A stretch of DNA of 64,000 bases, taken from positions 20,956,001 to 21,020,000 of the forward strand of contig NC_043001.1 in the NCBI RefSeq assembly GCF_006345805.1, in the 5' to 3' direction. Every line of letters begins with the position of its first letter. The stretch's first letter is position 1. The notes under the pieces are model-generated. The model did no database searches. It was not told where the DNA came from and was given only the letters and a program-made list of their open reading frames with translations. The translations under genes were made by a program, and so were the position numbers. The DNA is from Octopus sinensis. Its lineage: Eukaryota. Below, in pieces: positions 13,521-28,131 of this stretch.

Positions 13521-15301
13521 CATGTGTGAATCCTTGAAAAACTGAAATGAAAAGTTCTTAATAAAGCAGGATCCAGCATGAGCTTAGCCATGTGGGCTAA
13601 GACAAAATTTTAAGAATATTAACTGATAAGCAATGATAATCTTTAACAGAAATAAATACATTTAAAAAACAAAATTTTTTACATCTGAGTAAATCTTGAT
13701 GTATCATTGAAGACACCTCACTTACTCAGCTTCTATACTTAGCTTTTATTGATAAGTGATCTCAATACTTCTTACCAAATCTATGTATTGATCTCTAAGG
13801 TAGTCTACAATAAGGACTCACAAATTTCATTTTACAGCTCTCCATCAGCTGTAAAAATATGATGCTATGTTTGTGTGTGCATATGTGGTTATATGGTTCC
13901 CAGCCATGTGGTTTCAGGTTCAGTCCTATTGTACAGCATCTTTAGGTAAGAGTCTTTTACTAAAGCCTTAGGCTGACCAGAGCCTCCTAAGCGGATTTAG
14001 TAGGAGGAAACTGAAAGAAGCCCATGTGTGTGTGTGTGTGTACACCCTTGTCTTGACATCACCGTCATTCAAGTGATGCTAATCCATTTCCAGTCTTCTG
14101 TGGAAAACATGTCTCTCTATGGGAAAATATTACCCTGTTTGGAAACAGGAGAGGGTTGGCAATAGAGAGGGCATCCAACTGTAGAAAATCTGCCTCAACA
14201 AATCCTACTTGACCCATACAGGGATGGAAAAGTGCATATTAAATGATGATGATGATGATAATGACAATGATGATGATAATGATGATGATCACATACTTCA
14301 ACATCTCTTTTAAGCAACAATAGTCAGCTAAAACCTTTACACTTCTTACACATATCAAGCCTAACAATTTCTGACATTCTTATGGAAGCCATACACACTC
14401 TATACATCTATCTAAGATTGTATGACAAAGGCCTGACTTCTAAAACTTCAGAGTGGTTCTCCAGTGGCCATAACACACAATGGTTTAAACTAGTTAAGAA
14501 AACTTAAATAAATGAAATGCTGGAGCAAATGAATATTCCCTAGCTGTCAGCACATCTCATCACATTATATCAAATGTGTCCCTATTTACATCTTAAACTA
14601 TTTTACAATAAGGTCCACAGTCTTATCTTGATAAGATTAGAAGGTACTTTTAGATTTATCCTCAACATATTCAGTGAAAAAGATAGCTAAGAGGTTTTAA
14701 TGATAAAGGAATTTTTCTTCCTCTCTCTCACACATGTGTGTGTGTGTGTGTGTTGAGAGAAAGAGAAGAGAGAAAGAGAAAGAGAGAAAGAGAAGGATGT
14801 ATTTTTTTTCCATCTGGAAATAATTTTGCTTGGATCTTTTATTTTATTTTTTTTTTAATACTATAGTATGACAGCTTAGGAAGAATATTTCTTGAAAATT
14901 AAAGAATCTCATGTATTCTGTGAGCAGAAATTATTACAATAAAAGAAATTGCTTTTGTTGGAGGCAGTGACATGTACTGAATAAAAGGAAATGAAATTTA
15001 AAGAGAAAGAAGAAAACAAAAACAAAAATATACAAAACAAGTATGTAAAGAGGAAGAAACTATTCAGAAAGAAGCGAATAAAAAGAGGAATTTGTAAAAA
15101 GAAAGAAACTGAAAGATTGTTATTTAAAACTAAATTATCAAAGATTTTAATTATAATTTAGTTTCATTTCTTTTACTGGGACAAATGAAAATCTGTTGCA
15201 TCTCTTGTCTCTGAATCAATTTCTTTTTAACAAAGAAACAGTTAACCAATTAAGTTATATAGTGACGTGTATGAACATAGCAAATTCACTTGCAATATTA
15301 A

Positions 15302-15746
15302 CCCTTTCATTACCAACCTGGCTGAAACCAGTTCAGGTTCTGAGTACAAATGCCTTGTTTTCATAAGTTTTGAATTAAAATCTTCCACCAAACCTTAGTC
15401 ACAATTAATGTTCCCAACACTAGCTTAATGATAACTAAGTTATTTTACTAAATTTTTTTGTTATATTTAACCCTTTAGTGTTTAAACCGGCCATATCCGG
15501 CCCAAATATTCTACATGTTTTATATTCAAATGGGCGATATCTAGCCTCTCACACATAACCTACATTGACATTCTAAAAATAAACAATCACATCATTGAAA
15601 CCCCAAAGCTATAAGATAATGCATGATTAATTCAAAACAATTTGAGTAAAAAAATATTACATTTAACAGAGTCATCTGAATACTAAAGGGTTAAAGTAAT
15701 TGAAAGAAACACAGAGCATCTCAAAATAAATACAGTAATGAAAGGA
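15302..15746. mobile_element. piggyBac-type MITE containing a second, different piggyBac-type MITE (15471-15690)
   Basis: Outer TIRs ccctttcattac / gtaatgaaagga with TTAA; inner TIRs ccctttagt(g)tt / aatactaaaggg with duplicated TTAA. The empty site is visible in the 5899-6119 copy. Confidence 0.85.
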
Positions 15747-15844
15747 TTAACATGAATTTGAATATCTTTCTGCTCTTTGGAAGTACAAGTGATTCAACTC
15801 AAATTTTTTTTTTTATCCATTGCAAAGCCAATGTTTGTGAGACA

Positions 15845-16170
15845 GAGGCATAACTGGTTCACTTGCATCAACATGACTTGCCACTACAGGCTCCAGTCCA
15901 TGCTGTAGCAAGGAGGCTTGTAGGCCTCAATAAACCTGAGACTTATTCCAGCAGAACACAAGCTCCTGGCAGGGCCTCCCATGCTGGACAGGTCAAAGAT
16001 ACAGATCAGGCGAATATGGACCACCTCTTCCTAGAGGTAAAAATGTGTCTGCATTGGGCCAACTGCCTATTTAGAAAAAAGCTAGGTTACAGAAGCATCG
16101 ATGATAATTCAAAACCAACAAGACCAGGGAGAGGAAATCCTTATCTCAGAGAAACACATGATGCAGTGCA
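15845..16170 (+). mobile_element. Probable RTE-type LINE 5' UTR fragment (related piece at ~17040-17225)
   Basis: Shared motif gggcctc(c/t)catgctggacaggtcaaag in both pieces; resembles RTE 5' regions from memory only. Confidence 0.4.
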
Positions 16171-16389
16171 GTAACATCTGAAAGGGAGCTGCAAGGCCAC
16201 AGAGCTGAAAAAGTAGGGATCCAATTGGAGAAATAGTCCAGAATCATTAACAGAGGAAAAAGGTTGGTGAAGGCTTATGTAGGAAACGAAGGGCTTAAGT
16301 AAATGTATAACTTGAATAATTAAATTGTTTAACTATTAAATTTCATCATTTTATATGTTTTCCTTTCTTGTTAGGTAACTTAATGAATG

Positions 16390-18250
16390 TTCTTCAGAGT
16401 ATCATTTCACTACTTCTTGCAGTCCCTTGTCATCTTCTGACTGATGTTCAGTCCCTAAATTTCACCACTTTTTCATATGTGATCCTCTACTGCAAGTTAC
16501 GATCACTTAGACCATATTATCAATGACTTGTAAGAAACCCTCTGACTATTTAAAAGAACTCATTTAATGAGTTCTCTTACTACTAATTACTCTAGCATAT
16601 CTGCTAACATACAAAGCCCTTCTCTATCAACCTGCCTGTGATCTAACAGCATTTCTTGTGCACACCTGTAGATTATATTAGGTACTCCATAAGAAATTCT
16701 CACCAACTCATTTTCTGCATATCAAATACGGCTGCTTCCTGAATGGCAGTAGAGTCATATATTTTTTCTTAGTAAAATCTTTTTATGTTGTCAGATTTAC
16801 TTCAGAACTTCTAGGCTTTACTCTCACACTTGGAATTTTTTCTCTAAATCTTCAACAGATTTAGCTATGAGAATTAGATCATAGGCATACAGATGTTCCC
16901 ACACACAGCTGGTCCTATACTCTTCCGTTATGGCCCAGAAAATTATAATAAAAGGAAGGGAGCTGAGAACCCAGTTCTAATGAATGCCTACTCCGCATAC
17001 TAAATTCCTTGCTAAACATGTTGCCTATTCTCATCTTGCTTACAGCACCTTTGTGCACGTTTGGAGGCCAGAGGCATAACTGATTCATCTGACACCAAGA
17101 TTCAATCCTCCTTGCAGTGTGGTGGCTTGTATATCTCAATGACACTGAGAGCTATGCCACCAGAGACCAGAGCACAAAATCCTTGTAGGGCCTCTCATGC
17201 TGGACAGGTCAAAGGATAAAAGGAAGATTAATATGAGGTAAAAATGGTTTGTGTAGCACCCACACCAGTACCTAGAAAAAGACCTTCACAAACCATTCAC
17301 CTGAATTTTATTCTTTAATGATCACCGGACTATAAAGAGCAGTTTACTTTAACTCTTTCAATTATTTTCATATAACATGTCCCACGTTTCTCTAATATTT
17401 TTATCCAGTAACTCCTTTGTTCTTACAGCAGTCGATGACAGATACTACTACTACACCAGTCATTGAAGAATTACTCTTTTCCTTTACTACTTGATTGACT
17501 ATGTAAGCAACTAGTACATGTCCTTCTACTTTGTCAGATATTTTCAGTATCTTTTCTGTAACGGTTTGGTTACTTCTCAATCTTCATATCCTCAATGGCC
17601 ATTTTGAGGATATGTGTAGCTGTTGATTTCAATATCTGGTCCTCTGAAGAATCTATATTTTGTAGTCCTTCTCTCTCTGTCATGTAACCCCTAATAAGTA
17701 ACATATCCATACCGCCTTCAACTCAGTGTCAGTGAGAGGAAGTGCATTATAATCATTATATATATATATATATATAATATAATATAATATATAATATAAA
17801 CTATGAATTAGAGACAAAACCACTATAGTGGTTTTGTCTCTAATTCATATTTTATATATACTGTGAAATTTGATTTAATACTAAATTGAATTTTTCCCTG
17901 TAAGTTTGGAGTTATACTCCCTAATATTATTATTATTATAATTATATATATATATATATATATATATTCACTAACAATGTCCTGATTCATACCAACTGTT
18001 TTGCAATCAGAATGCCTTGGGCCACTCATCTGCATGTTGCAGAACATTAGCAAACCTCTGCTTCTCTCTGCTAATAATACTCAATATCTAGCTTTTCTTC
18101 CACTGTCTCCCACTTTCTTTCATTTTTATCTGTCTCTTTTGCTCTTAAAGCTCTATCTACAAAACCATTTCCTCACCATAACATCCCCCAGCTGGCTAGT
18201 ATTTCACTCCATCCATAGATCTATCTGGTCTGTGATTCGCAATGGATTAT
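16390..18250 (-). mobile_element. Heavily decayed RTE-clade LINE ORF2 relic, interrupted by younger insertions
   Basis: Minus-strand remnants IAKQLV-NQD (~18000), YIVNQVVKEK..NDWCSS (~17480) and DLILIAKSVEDLEKKFQV (~16860) are collinear with RTE ORF2 and similar to the younger copy at 48050-49306. Confidence 0.6.
17802..17935. repeat. 48-bp perfect palindrome plus conserved tail of a (TA)n-associated repeat family
   Basis: tatgaattagagacaaaaccacta|tagtggttttgtctctaattcata (17802-17849), followed by tgtgaaatttgatttaatactaaattgaatttttccctgtaagtttgg, also seen at ~28437 and ~54921. Confidence 0.85.
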
Positions 18251-18470
18251 TTCATAGGAATTAGGGGTTGTCTTCTGTGCTGTAAGGCTCCATGTCTCTT
18301 TCTATCCCCTTCTCTTTCTCAACATACATATTACCTAGTACTTCTCTGAACCTACATCCGAGGAAAGTCATGTCATATCAATTCTAAAGGCAAAGATGGA
18401 TTATGTATCGATGCACAGGAAACTACCACAACCAAATATTAGACTCAGAATATAATGTAGTATATTTTTA

Positions 18471-18503
<33 letters not shown>

Positions 18504-19068
18504 ACACGATGCCCTGGTTTACTGATTTCTGTAAATGACACGTATACCTCTCTCTCTCTCTCTCATGCATACACACACACACACACACACACATATATGT
18601 GATAGGATTCTGTATAGTTTCCGTCCACTGAATTCCACTTACAAGGCATTATTTAATCTGAGGATCGAACTAGTATTTTTTTAATCACAAAGTATACAAA
18701 TTAACTTCACCAAGCTCCTCCTCCTGGTTAAACCACAACTATAAATGGTTAAAATAAGTCAACAGCACAATGGAATTAAACGATGAAATACTGAACATTA
18801 ACAAAGATACACATTGTCTCTCATTCAGAGGGTGGGATGGAATATTTGTCAGTATGTCATCAGCATAACATAACTTTAAGCATCCCATAGTTGGTAATGA
18901 CTGGGTGTTACCAACAATTTATTCTAGCAGATATACTGATAATATAGCAGAAAACTTAACCCCTGACAGCATGAGAAAGCCACCTTGTTGTTCAACAAAG
19001 CAAGCCATGATTAATAATTTGACCATATTGTTATTACTTGTATCTTCACACACACATACACACGCACT

Positions 19069-19462
19069 TGTGGAGGCACAAAGGCCCAGTGGTTAGGGCA
19101 GCGGACTCGCGGTCGTAGGATTGCGGTTTCGATTCCCAGACCGGGCGTTGTGAGTGTTTATTGAGTGAAAACACCTAAAGCTCCACGAGGCTCCGGCAGG
19201 GGATGGTGGTGATCCCGGCTGTACTCTTTCACCACAACTTTCTCTCACTCTTTCTTCCTGTTTCTGTTGTACCTGTATTTCAAAGGGCCGGCCTTGTCAC
19301 TCTCTGTGTCACGCTGAATATCCCCGAGAACTACGTTAAGGGTACACGTGTCTGTGGAGTGCTCAGCCACTTACACGTTAATTTCACGAGCAGGCTGTTC
19401 CGTTGGTCAGATCAACCGGAACCCTCATCGTCGTAACCGACGGAGTGCTTCCATTCCATTCC
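19069..19462 (+). mobile_element. SINE family C (tRNA-derived), apparently full length
   Basis: A box ggcccagtgg and B box ggtttcgattccc in a tRNA-like head, unique body, (ttcca)n tail, inserted in (CA)n. Confidence 0.8.
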
Positions 19463-20080
19463 ACACACACACTAATAATCTTGTTCTCGTAGCATAATCT
19501 GTAGAAGAGTTGCAGAAACAGTGCTAAACCATCGAACAATGGATATAAACCCTAAGAGCCTAAAGGCTGCCAAGGCAAAGAACAAAAGTGCTAGTTTGTA
19601 ACACAGAGAGAGCACAAATTCCTAAAACCTTCCCATGTATGAAAGGAATAGATACAATCTTGATATTGAGTATCCAATGCTCAAAAAGTGTAGCGGAATC
19701 TTTGATATACTTAACAGAAATCTAAAGTATGGAACAATAAGTAAACCATGAAACGAAGTTCATGATCAGTTCAGACTAGAATTTTTTTTTTTTTTCAATT
19801 CTGCATTTGGTAGGTAATAACAGTAAAAGCAATAGTTTGGTTTTGGAGAAGTACTTGCTAGACAAGTGATTTGATATGAAGCTATGGGTCGAAACTAAAA
19901 CAACTGCAAATATTAAGCCATTCGAAAACGCACAGAGACCATTAACTTCACTTAAACATTGCTGTGGAATAGTGTCATCAACCAGGTGGTGGTTGCAATT
20001 GATGCGATGGAAATTTTGATACCAAATAATAAATGTTTAAGTGAAGTTAATAGTGTGTGTGTGTGTTTGAATGGCTAATG

Positions 20081-20525
<445 letters not shown>

Positions 20526-21214
20526 CTGTTCGAGTCTAACTGTAACTACAATAGGATGATGTGTGGGAATTAAAGGAAGGTTTCTCTTTTCCCACCTCTC
20601 ATCCTTCTTATGACTTATCACTGTCATTCACAACAATAGCAATAACTGGCATTAATTATTGCTATTGTTTGGCCCAGGTTAACTCTGACTAAGCGGATAT
20701 ATAATCAAAGGCGTCCCAGAAGTGACCATTCAATCATTTTTCTTTTTCATGTCAGATATGATATTCAGAACCATATTATCCAATGCACCTTTCCACTTTT
20801 AAGACACTTTAATGTGATTGCAAATATATTAGACTGCTATTTCTAAGAGGTCAAGAAACTGCACAGAGGCTCCTTAACATTAATGAGATAACAGATGCAG
20901 GTTATTTTTGAATTTCCTTTAAAACCTTTGAAACTATACATCAACATTAAGAGGTTTAATTCTATTATTTGATATTTCTTATTTTCTTCAAGCCTGTCCG
21001 CACTGCACGTCTGCACAGCCACATACCAACATAATGGAACACGCTATATATGTATGTGTGTGTGTGTGTGTGTGTATTTTATCCATGACTATGTGTCCAA
21101 GAAGATATATATTGTTGCACTCTCTCTCTGCTTTCTTCTCTCTAGCCTTCTATGTATGTATCTCACACCTTAATATTTTAACAGAAAATATTAAAATTGA
21201 AATTCTTTCTCAAA

Positions 21215-21330
21215 GAACCATCCGAACGTGGCCGTTGCCAGCGCCGCCCTGACTGGCCTCCGTGCCGGTGGCACATAAAAAGCACCAACCCATGCTAGCA
21301 TGGAAAGCGGACGTTAAACGATGATGATTA
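21215..21330 (+). mobile_element. RTE LINE 3' tail fragment
   Basis: accatccgaacgtggcc...catgctagcatggaaagcggacgttaaacgatgatg, same as the RTE 3' end at 46796. Confidence 0.8.
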
Positions 21331-21761
21331 TAAAGATACAACATTGCAAAATACTTCAGATTTATTATACTGAATTTTTTACACAAATACATGTTCATAT
21401 AAACATACATATACATAAATATACATACATACACGTCTGTGTATATGCATGTGCATACATGTGTCCATGTGATTGTTTTACATCTGTGTGCTTCGCTAAA
21501 AACTGCTGAGCTACAAGCAGTGATGTGCTGTCATTTTTCTGTCAGCAAATCATTCACTGGCTCTGCACTTTCCCATAAATGCGGAATACTAGATCCCTTA
21601 ATTGAAAATAGCTAAAGGTTAGCAACAGGAAGGGCATCCAGCTATTTGTCCTGGATCGTCCTGTTTTGAGCTTAAATTCCACTAAGGTTAATTTTGTCTT
21701 TCATACTCCTGGGGTTGACAAAATAAAGTACCAATCAAGTTTTGAAATTGATGGTATTGAT

Positions 21762-21993
21762 AAGGTGGCAAGCTGGCAGAAACATTAACACGCCGGGCGA
21801 AATGCTAAGCGGTATTTCGTCTGCGTTACGTTGTGAGTTGAAATTCCGCCGATTTCGACTTTGCCTTTCATCCTTTCGGGGTTGATAAATTAAGTACTAG
21901 TTACGCACTGGGGTTGATGTAATCGACTTAATACCTATGTCTGTCCTTGTTTGTCCCCTCTGTGTTTAGCCCCTTGTGGGTAATAAAGAAATA
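21762..21993 (+). mobile_element. SINE family B, full length
   Basis: Family consensus; flanking duplication gtattgat. Confidence 0.85.
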
Positions 21994-22696
21994 AGTATTG
22001 ATTAGTCCCCTCCCTTCAAATTTACTGGCCTGGTGCCTAAATCAGAAACCATTACTGAAGGCAGTAGACTGACAGAATCGTTTGAGTGTTGGACAAAAAA
22101 ATGCATTGTAGTATTTTTTCTGGCTCTTTTTACATTCAGAGTTCAAATCCTGCTAAGGCCAACTTTGCTGTTGTCCTTTCAGAATTGATACAAAAGAACC
22201 AAGTACTGAGGGTCAATGGAATTGACCAATATACTCACCTCAAAAACTACTAGCTTTGTACCTAAATTAGAAACAACTATTATTATTATAATTATATAAG
22301 GCAGTGAGCTGGCAGAATTGTTAGCACGCCAGGCAAAATGCCGCTATATTCTGAGTTCAAATTCTGCTGAGGTTGACTTTGCCTCTCATCCTTTTGGGGT
22401 CGATAAAATCAACTACCCCCACCCCACCCCATCCAAATTTCAGGCCTAGTGCCTATAGTAGAAAGGATTATTATCATTATGATATTTAGCACGCCAGACA
22501 AAATGCTTAGAGGCATTTTTTGTTTGTCTTTACATACCGGGTTCAAATTCTGCCATGGTTGGCTATGCCTTTCATTCTTTTGGGGGTCAATAAAATAAGA
22601 ACCGGTTGAGCACCAGGGTTGATGTAATCAACTTGCCTCTTCTTCTGAACTTGATAGCTTTGTGCCAAAATTTGAAACCATTGTTATTATTATTAC

Positions 22697-22728
<32 letters not shown>

Positions 22729-22868
22729 GTTTGACTTTTGCTTTGTATTTGTACAAGTTAACTCCAAGTCTCACCCAGAGACCTCAAGAGACCACAAGTT
22801 AGAAGTTCAAGTTGGTGTTATGACTAGGGTGCCATATATTTAGTTTTGCACAAAGCATTGTTCTAGAG

Positions 22869-23301
22869 TAGGGGTAGGGGAACCTCTGCCTGTGGGCGCA
22901 ATTGCATCCGCAGGCTAATGTACTCGTATGTACAAAATACAACAAATTTTTCAATTATAAAATTTACATAATATTCATATGCCTATTTGCGACATAGGTT
23001 ACGTTTCCATTACGGCTAAAACTGTCCAGTAATTGCCATTTGAATGGAAATTTTGTTTTCACTATAAAACACATATTGCTAGGTTTGTACCACCCCCTTC
23101 AGACCCAACTACACTTTAGCTGAAAAATATAGAATATCTCATAAGTGATATAAACGTCCTAAATTCAGTGGCAGCATTAATGAAGATGTTACATGTTAAT
23201 TTAATGTGTTAAACTTATCTTCATTAATGTATATCGAATTATATATATAAAAACAAGATTTACACAGATATAAGAGTTAGAACTTGTGATCCACCCGCAG
23301 G
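22869..23301 (-). mobile_element. hAT-like non-autonomous element fragment, opposite end retained
   Basis: Terminal taggggtaggggaacctc; inverted match to 20135-20525. Confidence 0.6.
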
Positions 23302-23610
23302 TGCCACTTAAAGGCACCCAGTTCACACTGTAAAGCGGTTGGTGTTCGGAAAGGCATCCAGCTGCAAAAACTTTGCCAAAATTGACCTCGCCAGTGCTTC
23401 TGTCATGTGTGAAAAGCACTATTCACTTCACCTGTGCTTGTCTCATGTAAAAAGCAGTAAGTCCACTCTGCTGAGTGGTTGGTGTTACAAAGGGCATCCA
23501 ACTGTAAAAATCTTGCCAAAACAGTCACAGAAATTTGGCGCAGGCTTCGGCCTGGCCAGCTTTGTGGAATCATCCTACCCATGCTAGCATGTAAGACAGA
23601 CATTAAATGA
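23302..23610 (+). mobile_element. Degenerate RTE 3' UTR fragment
   Basis: ggaaggcatccagctg...cccatgctagcatg...cattaaatgataatg. Confidence 0.65.
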
Positions 23611-23636
23611 TAATGTTGACACACACACACACACCA

Positions 23637-23675
<39 letters not shown>

Positions 23676-24284
23676 GTGTATTTGTCCTACAGCATTGAGT
23701 GACAATTGGCCTTTGTTTACATCCCCACATCTTAGCAGTTTAGCAAACGAGATCAACAGATTTAAAACTAAGTAGTGGAGTTGATTTGTGCAAATAAACC
23801 ATCTAATAACTGCAACAAAAGGGTGCCCCAGCATGGCCACAATCCAATGACTGCAACAAGTAAAAAAAAAAAAAATGCTGTTTCATTCTGACTCCTGGAT
23901 TAGTCCTCAATTAATGTATTCTTATTTATATCGAGAGACTAAATAATTAATAAGCAAGTTCTCTTTATTATAGAATAGATGTTGTGCCACAAGATAATGG
24001 TGTGTGTTGGTGTGTATTATTATATATATTATAATATATTATGTTACATAGGGATAGGAGAAAACAGAGTTTACTCTCCTGTCATATAATTAACTATTCT
24101 CCAGACTAATGTAAGTAGGTCAATAGCTTCCACAACCTTTTCTGATTCAACTATAAATATATTTTTAGTATGTCTCTGTCTTTGAGAGCTAAGAAAGAAA
24201 AAAAGATGTTCCTCCGTGGATAGTTCCAGCAACAGGCCAAACTTTTATTACTGACTTTCTTTATCTTACTTCTCCTCCCTCCCA

Positions 24285-24328
<44 letters not shown>

Positions 24329-25555
24329 CTATGCTACTCCTCCTGTTCATAGGTTCTGGCAACAGACAATTCTCTGCAGTAACATTACACTTATATTCTC
24401 TAGTAAGTTGCTGTAGATAACAAAGGAAATCCTAACATGCATACAAGATATTTGTTAAATATAATTACTATAGGGTAATAAAATCTGAAAATATTCCTAT
24501 CAGTTATCAGGTTGTTCAATGTTAAACATAACTTTATTTATGGTTACACATACACAAATATACATATACATGTGTAAGTAAATATATATATGAGTATATA
24601 TATCTAAATATCGTGTGTGTGTGTTTTAACCATTTATTATATTCAAAACACAATTTTTTCTCTCCCTTAAATATTAGTATTACTTTTCAAAGCATTTTGT
24701 TTAGCAAACATTTATTTTCCTTTTGCCTTTGTCTAATTTCATATCCATTTTCTTTTCATACAATCTTAAAAATTTGATTAGCCCATCAACTTCTAATCAA
24801 AGAATAATATTTTTATTTTCATCTTTTGCGCCACTGACATAAGCTTTGTGATAAATCATAAATATCTTTCAATAAAGAGCAAACTAGTAAAATTGGTCAA
24901 AACAGTGCCAAGCTATGATGAGTGAATTTGATGGAAACTACTGTTTGCTAAACTACAGATTTTGGGGTAAGGGACTGTCATTTGAAGCTGACCATTCTTC
25001 TTTTTGTACATGTATGAGCAAGATATAACACGGGAGAGAGGCAGTTTCCCATACATGCAAGTCCCCCTATCCTTGTCACCTATGTTTATCCAAAGGAAAG
25101 GCTACCAACTTTGACTAATACAGCTTGGCGCCAGTGTCGTTGCAGGCATCACAACCAAAATGTGAAAGACTGGAATAGATATTGCAAGACATCTTGCTCA
25201 ATCATTTAACAGTTCCACTAATTCACTGCCCTGGATTGGTGGTTTTGTTACTGACCCCGAAAATATGAAAGGCAAAATTGACCTCGGCAGTATTTGAACT
25301 CAAAGCACAGAGAATCAGGATACTGTAAGGCATTATTCTATCCAATACTCTAATGATTCTGCATTTTGCCACCTTAAATAACTTCTTTATTAACGTAGAC
25401 AAGAAAGGAAGCCATAAAAATAGCAGTCACAGCAAACACTTCTTCACTGGTTACAACAGACTCTTTATAGACTTTATGGCCAATGTTGTCACCTAGATGA
25501 AGCAATCAAAATACATATCAATGGCATTTCTTTAGCTATATCAATGTTCTTTTAT

Positions 25556-25853
25556 AAGGCGGTGAGCTGGCAGAAACGTTCGCATGCAGGGCGAAATGCG
25601 TAGCAGTATTTTGTCTGCCATTATGTTGTGAGTTCAAATTCCACTGAGATCGACTTTGCCTTTCATCCTTTCGGGGTCGATAAATTAAGTACCAGTTATG
25701 CACTGGGGTCGATAAATTAAGTACCAGTTACGCACTGGGGTCGATAAATTAAGTACCAGTTACGCACTGGGGTCGATGTAATCGACTTAATCCCTTTTGT
25801 CTCTCCTTGTTTGTCCCCTCTATGTTTAGCCCCTTGTGGGCAATAAAGAAATA
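25556..25853 (+). mobile_element. SINE family B with an internal 32-bp triplication
   Basis: gggtcgataaattaagtaccagtta(t/c)gcactg x3; 20-bp TSD tatat(c/t)aatgttcttttata. Confidence 0.9.
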
Positions 25854-26805
25854 TATATTAATGTTCTTTTATATCTTTCCAATTTTTCAACCTGATAAAA
25901 TCAATAGATTCATTACAGATATCTATTAAAGTAATGAGTTCCTCTATTATGTATCAAGAACTTTCTAGAAAAAACAAAACAACCCCCCACCTCCACACAC
26001 ACACAAAAAAAAAACCCAAAGCTATAATACAGACACTTCTATTTTACTATTGTTCCCAAAATTTCACATATAATGCAGCTTGGAAGAGAAATGGGTGACA
26101 CATTTAAAGGTCTTAACTGAGGGTATTCAACCAGAAAATTTAGAGCAATGTCCTTGGAAATACTTATAGAAAAGACAGAATGACACATTTTGATGATGAG
26201 TCAAAGACTTCAATGTAGCATTAAAAAAAAAAAGTCCCCTGCCCCCATATAAAACAACTCAATTCTCAATTCCCAGGGGAAGCACCAGCCCAAAGATGGC
26301 AGTAATATTCAATGCAAGATCAAATGGTGGCTTTATAGTGATACAAAATACTCTCAGGCATTAAAAGAGAGATCCAGCCTTCTTAGCAGCTGATGTATTT
26401 GTTTCAAGAGAGATCTTTGGTCAAAGTCAATACCAGAAGAACAAAAGACAGAGTTGACAGAAACAGGATAGGAACTCAGATTACAACAAAACATTGCATG
26501 GCATCTTAGTTTAGTGCTTTAACACTTCTGCAGAACCACCAAATATTAAAGTCTTTCAAGAAGGTTTTAAAACCCCTTGAGATCAATGTGCCTGAGACTG
26601 CCTTGGATTCTGATATAAAACTTGTTTTAAAGTGTTCATGCCTAAATTAAATCCTTCAATAATAATTTTATTTAAGAAACATTTGTTAAAATTAAATTCC
26701 CAAAAATTAAACTTTATTAATTGCACCAGGCAAGAAATTTGGTGGGAGGAGTTAGTTGATTAAATCAACTCTAGTACTTGACTGGTGCATTATTTTATCA
26801 ACTCA

Positions 26806-27032
26806 GGGAGGTGAGCTGGCAGAATTGTTAGCACACTGGGCAAAATGCTTAGCAGCATTTCATCTGCTGTTACATTCTGAGGTCATATTCTACCGAGGTC
26901 AACTTTGCCTTTCATCCTTTTGGAGTCGATTAAGTACCACTTATGCACTGAGGTTGATGTAATCGACTTAATCCCTTTGTCTGTCCTTGTTTGTCCCCTC
27001 TATGTTTAGCCCCCTGTGAGCAATAAAGAAAT
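26806..27032 (+). mobile_element. SINE family B, diverged
   Basis: Family head, core and tail motifs. Confidence 0.75.
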
Positions 27033-27928
27033 AATTATTTTATCAACTCTGAAATGATGAAAGGGAAAACTGACCTTGGTAGAATTTGAACTTACAATAT
27101 AATGAGCCAGAATAAACACCATGAGGATTCTGCCCATTATTCAGCCTAAAATTAACTTCAATAATAAAAAAAAAGCCAGTTATTTTCTTAAATTCCTACA
27201 AATAATTCGTTAATTCTAAAATTAATTAAAAACACAGACAGTGCATTTCATTCAAAAAAATATATGGTAATGAATGAGTTAATGTAGAATCACCAACTTA
27301 CATAAAAAAAAATGTGTGGGAAGTGATTTTGTATTTCACTACAGTTGACTTATTTCTTCTTAATTACTTATAATTCATCAGCATAATCTAGTTTCAGAAC
27401 TGTTTTTCTTCTACAGCAACACATGTTATACACTAACACAGGTGCATGCAGACAGACATACATGTACATGACAAGCTAAAATGTTTTACTCGTTTGTATA
27501 TGCATCTATTTATGTATGGTGTTTGTATGTATGTGCATGTCTGTACATATGTATGATGCATATATGCATGTATTATGTATCTATATGTATGTATGCATGC
27601 ATGTATATATGTATAATTTTAGCATATTTATATGAAGCACATGCATTATCTTTAGTCCTTCTTAGCTTAAATAATTATAAACCAGTGAAGGAAGTTGTCA
27701 ACAAATACGACTAATCTTCTCATTATTTTACAATTTTTTATAGGATTTCCTGAAGAATTTGTAAGACCTAATCTCTTCATTTTATGTAGAGATAAATGTA
27801 AAATATACCACAACTTAATGACTTACAGAAAGAGTGTAAGAAAATGTCCATTTCTCACCACAGGAAATCTCACACTCAGTCTAGATTTATATAAATGAAT
27901 GAAATTAAAGCAAAGATAAAACAACGCA

Positions 27929-28112
27929 CAGGCATGGCTTAGTAGTGAAGAGACTTGTTTTGCAAAACACATGGTTTCAGGTTCAGTCCTCCTAAGCGGC
28001 ACCTTGGGCAAGTGTCTTCAATTATAGCCTAGGTAAGTGTTTTCTACTATAGCTCTGACCTGATCAATACCTTATGAGTGAGTTTGGTAGATGGAAACTG
28101 TGTAGAAGCCCA
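27929..28112 (+). mobile_element. SINE family A, 5' half
   Basis: gcacaggcatggct...ggttcagtcc...ttgggcaagtgtcttc...ggtagatggaaactg, ending at (TA)n. Confidence 0.7.
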
Positions 28113-28131
28113 CCATATATATATATATATA

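Noticed and set aside
19069-19145. tRNA-like sequence (also ~32250-32315 and the SINE A/B heads)
   Set aside because: No complete cloverleaf, and each continues into a repeat body; treated as SINE heads, not tRNA genes.
19870-19900. ttgatatgaagctatgggtcgaaac, hammerhead-like
   Set aside because: Core is not CUGANGA and the stems do not pair.
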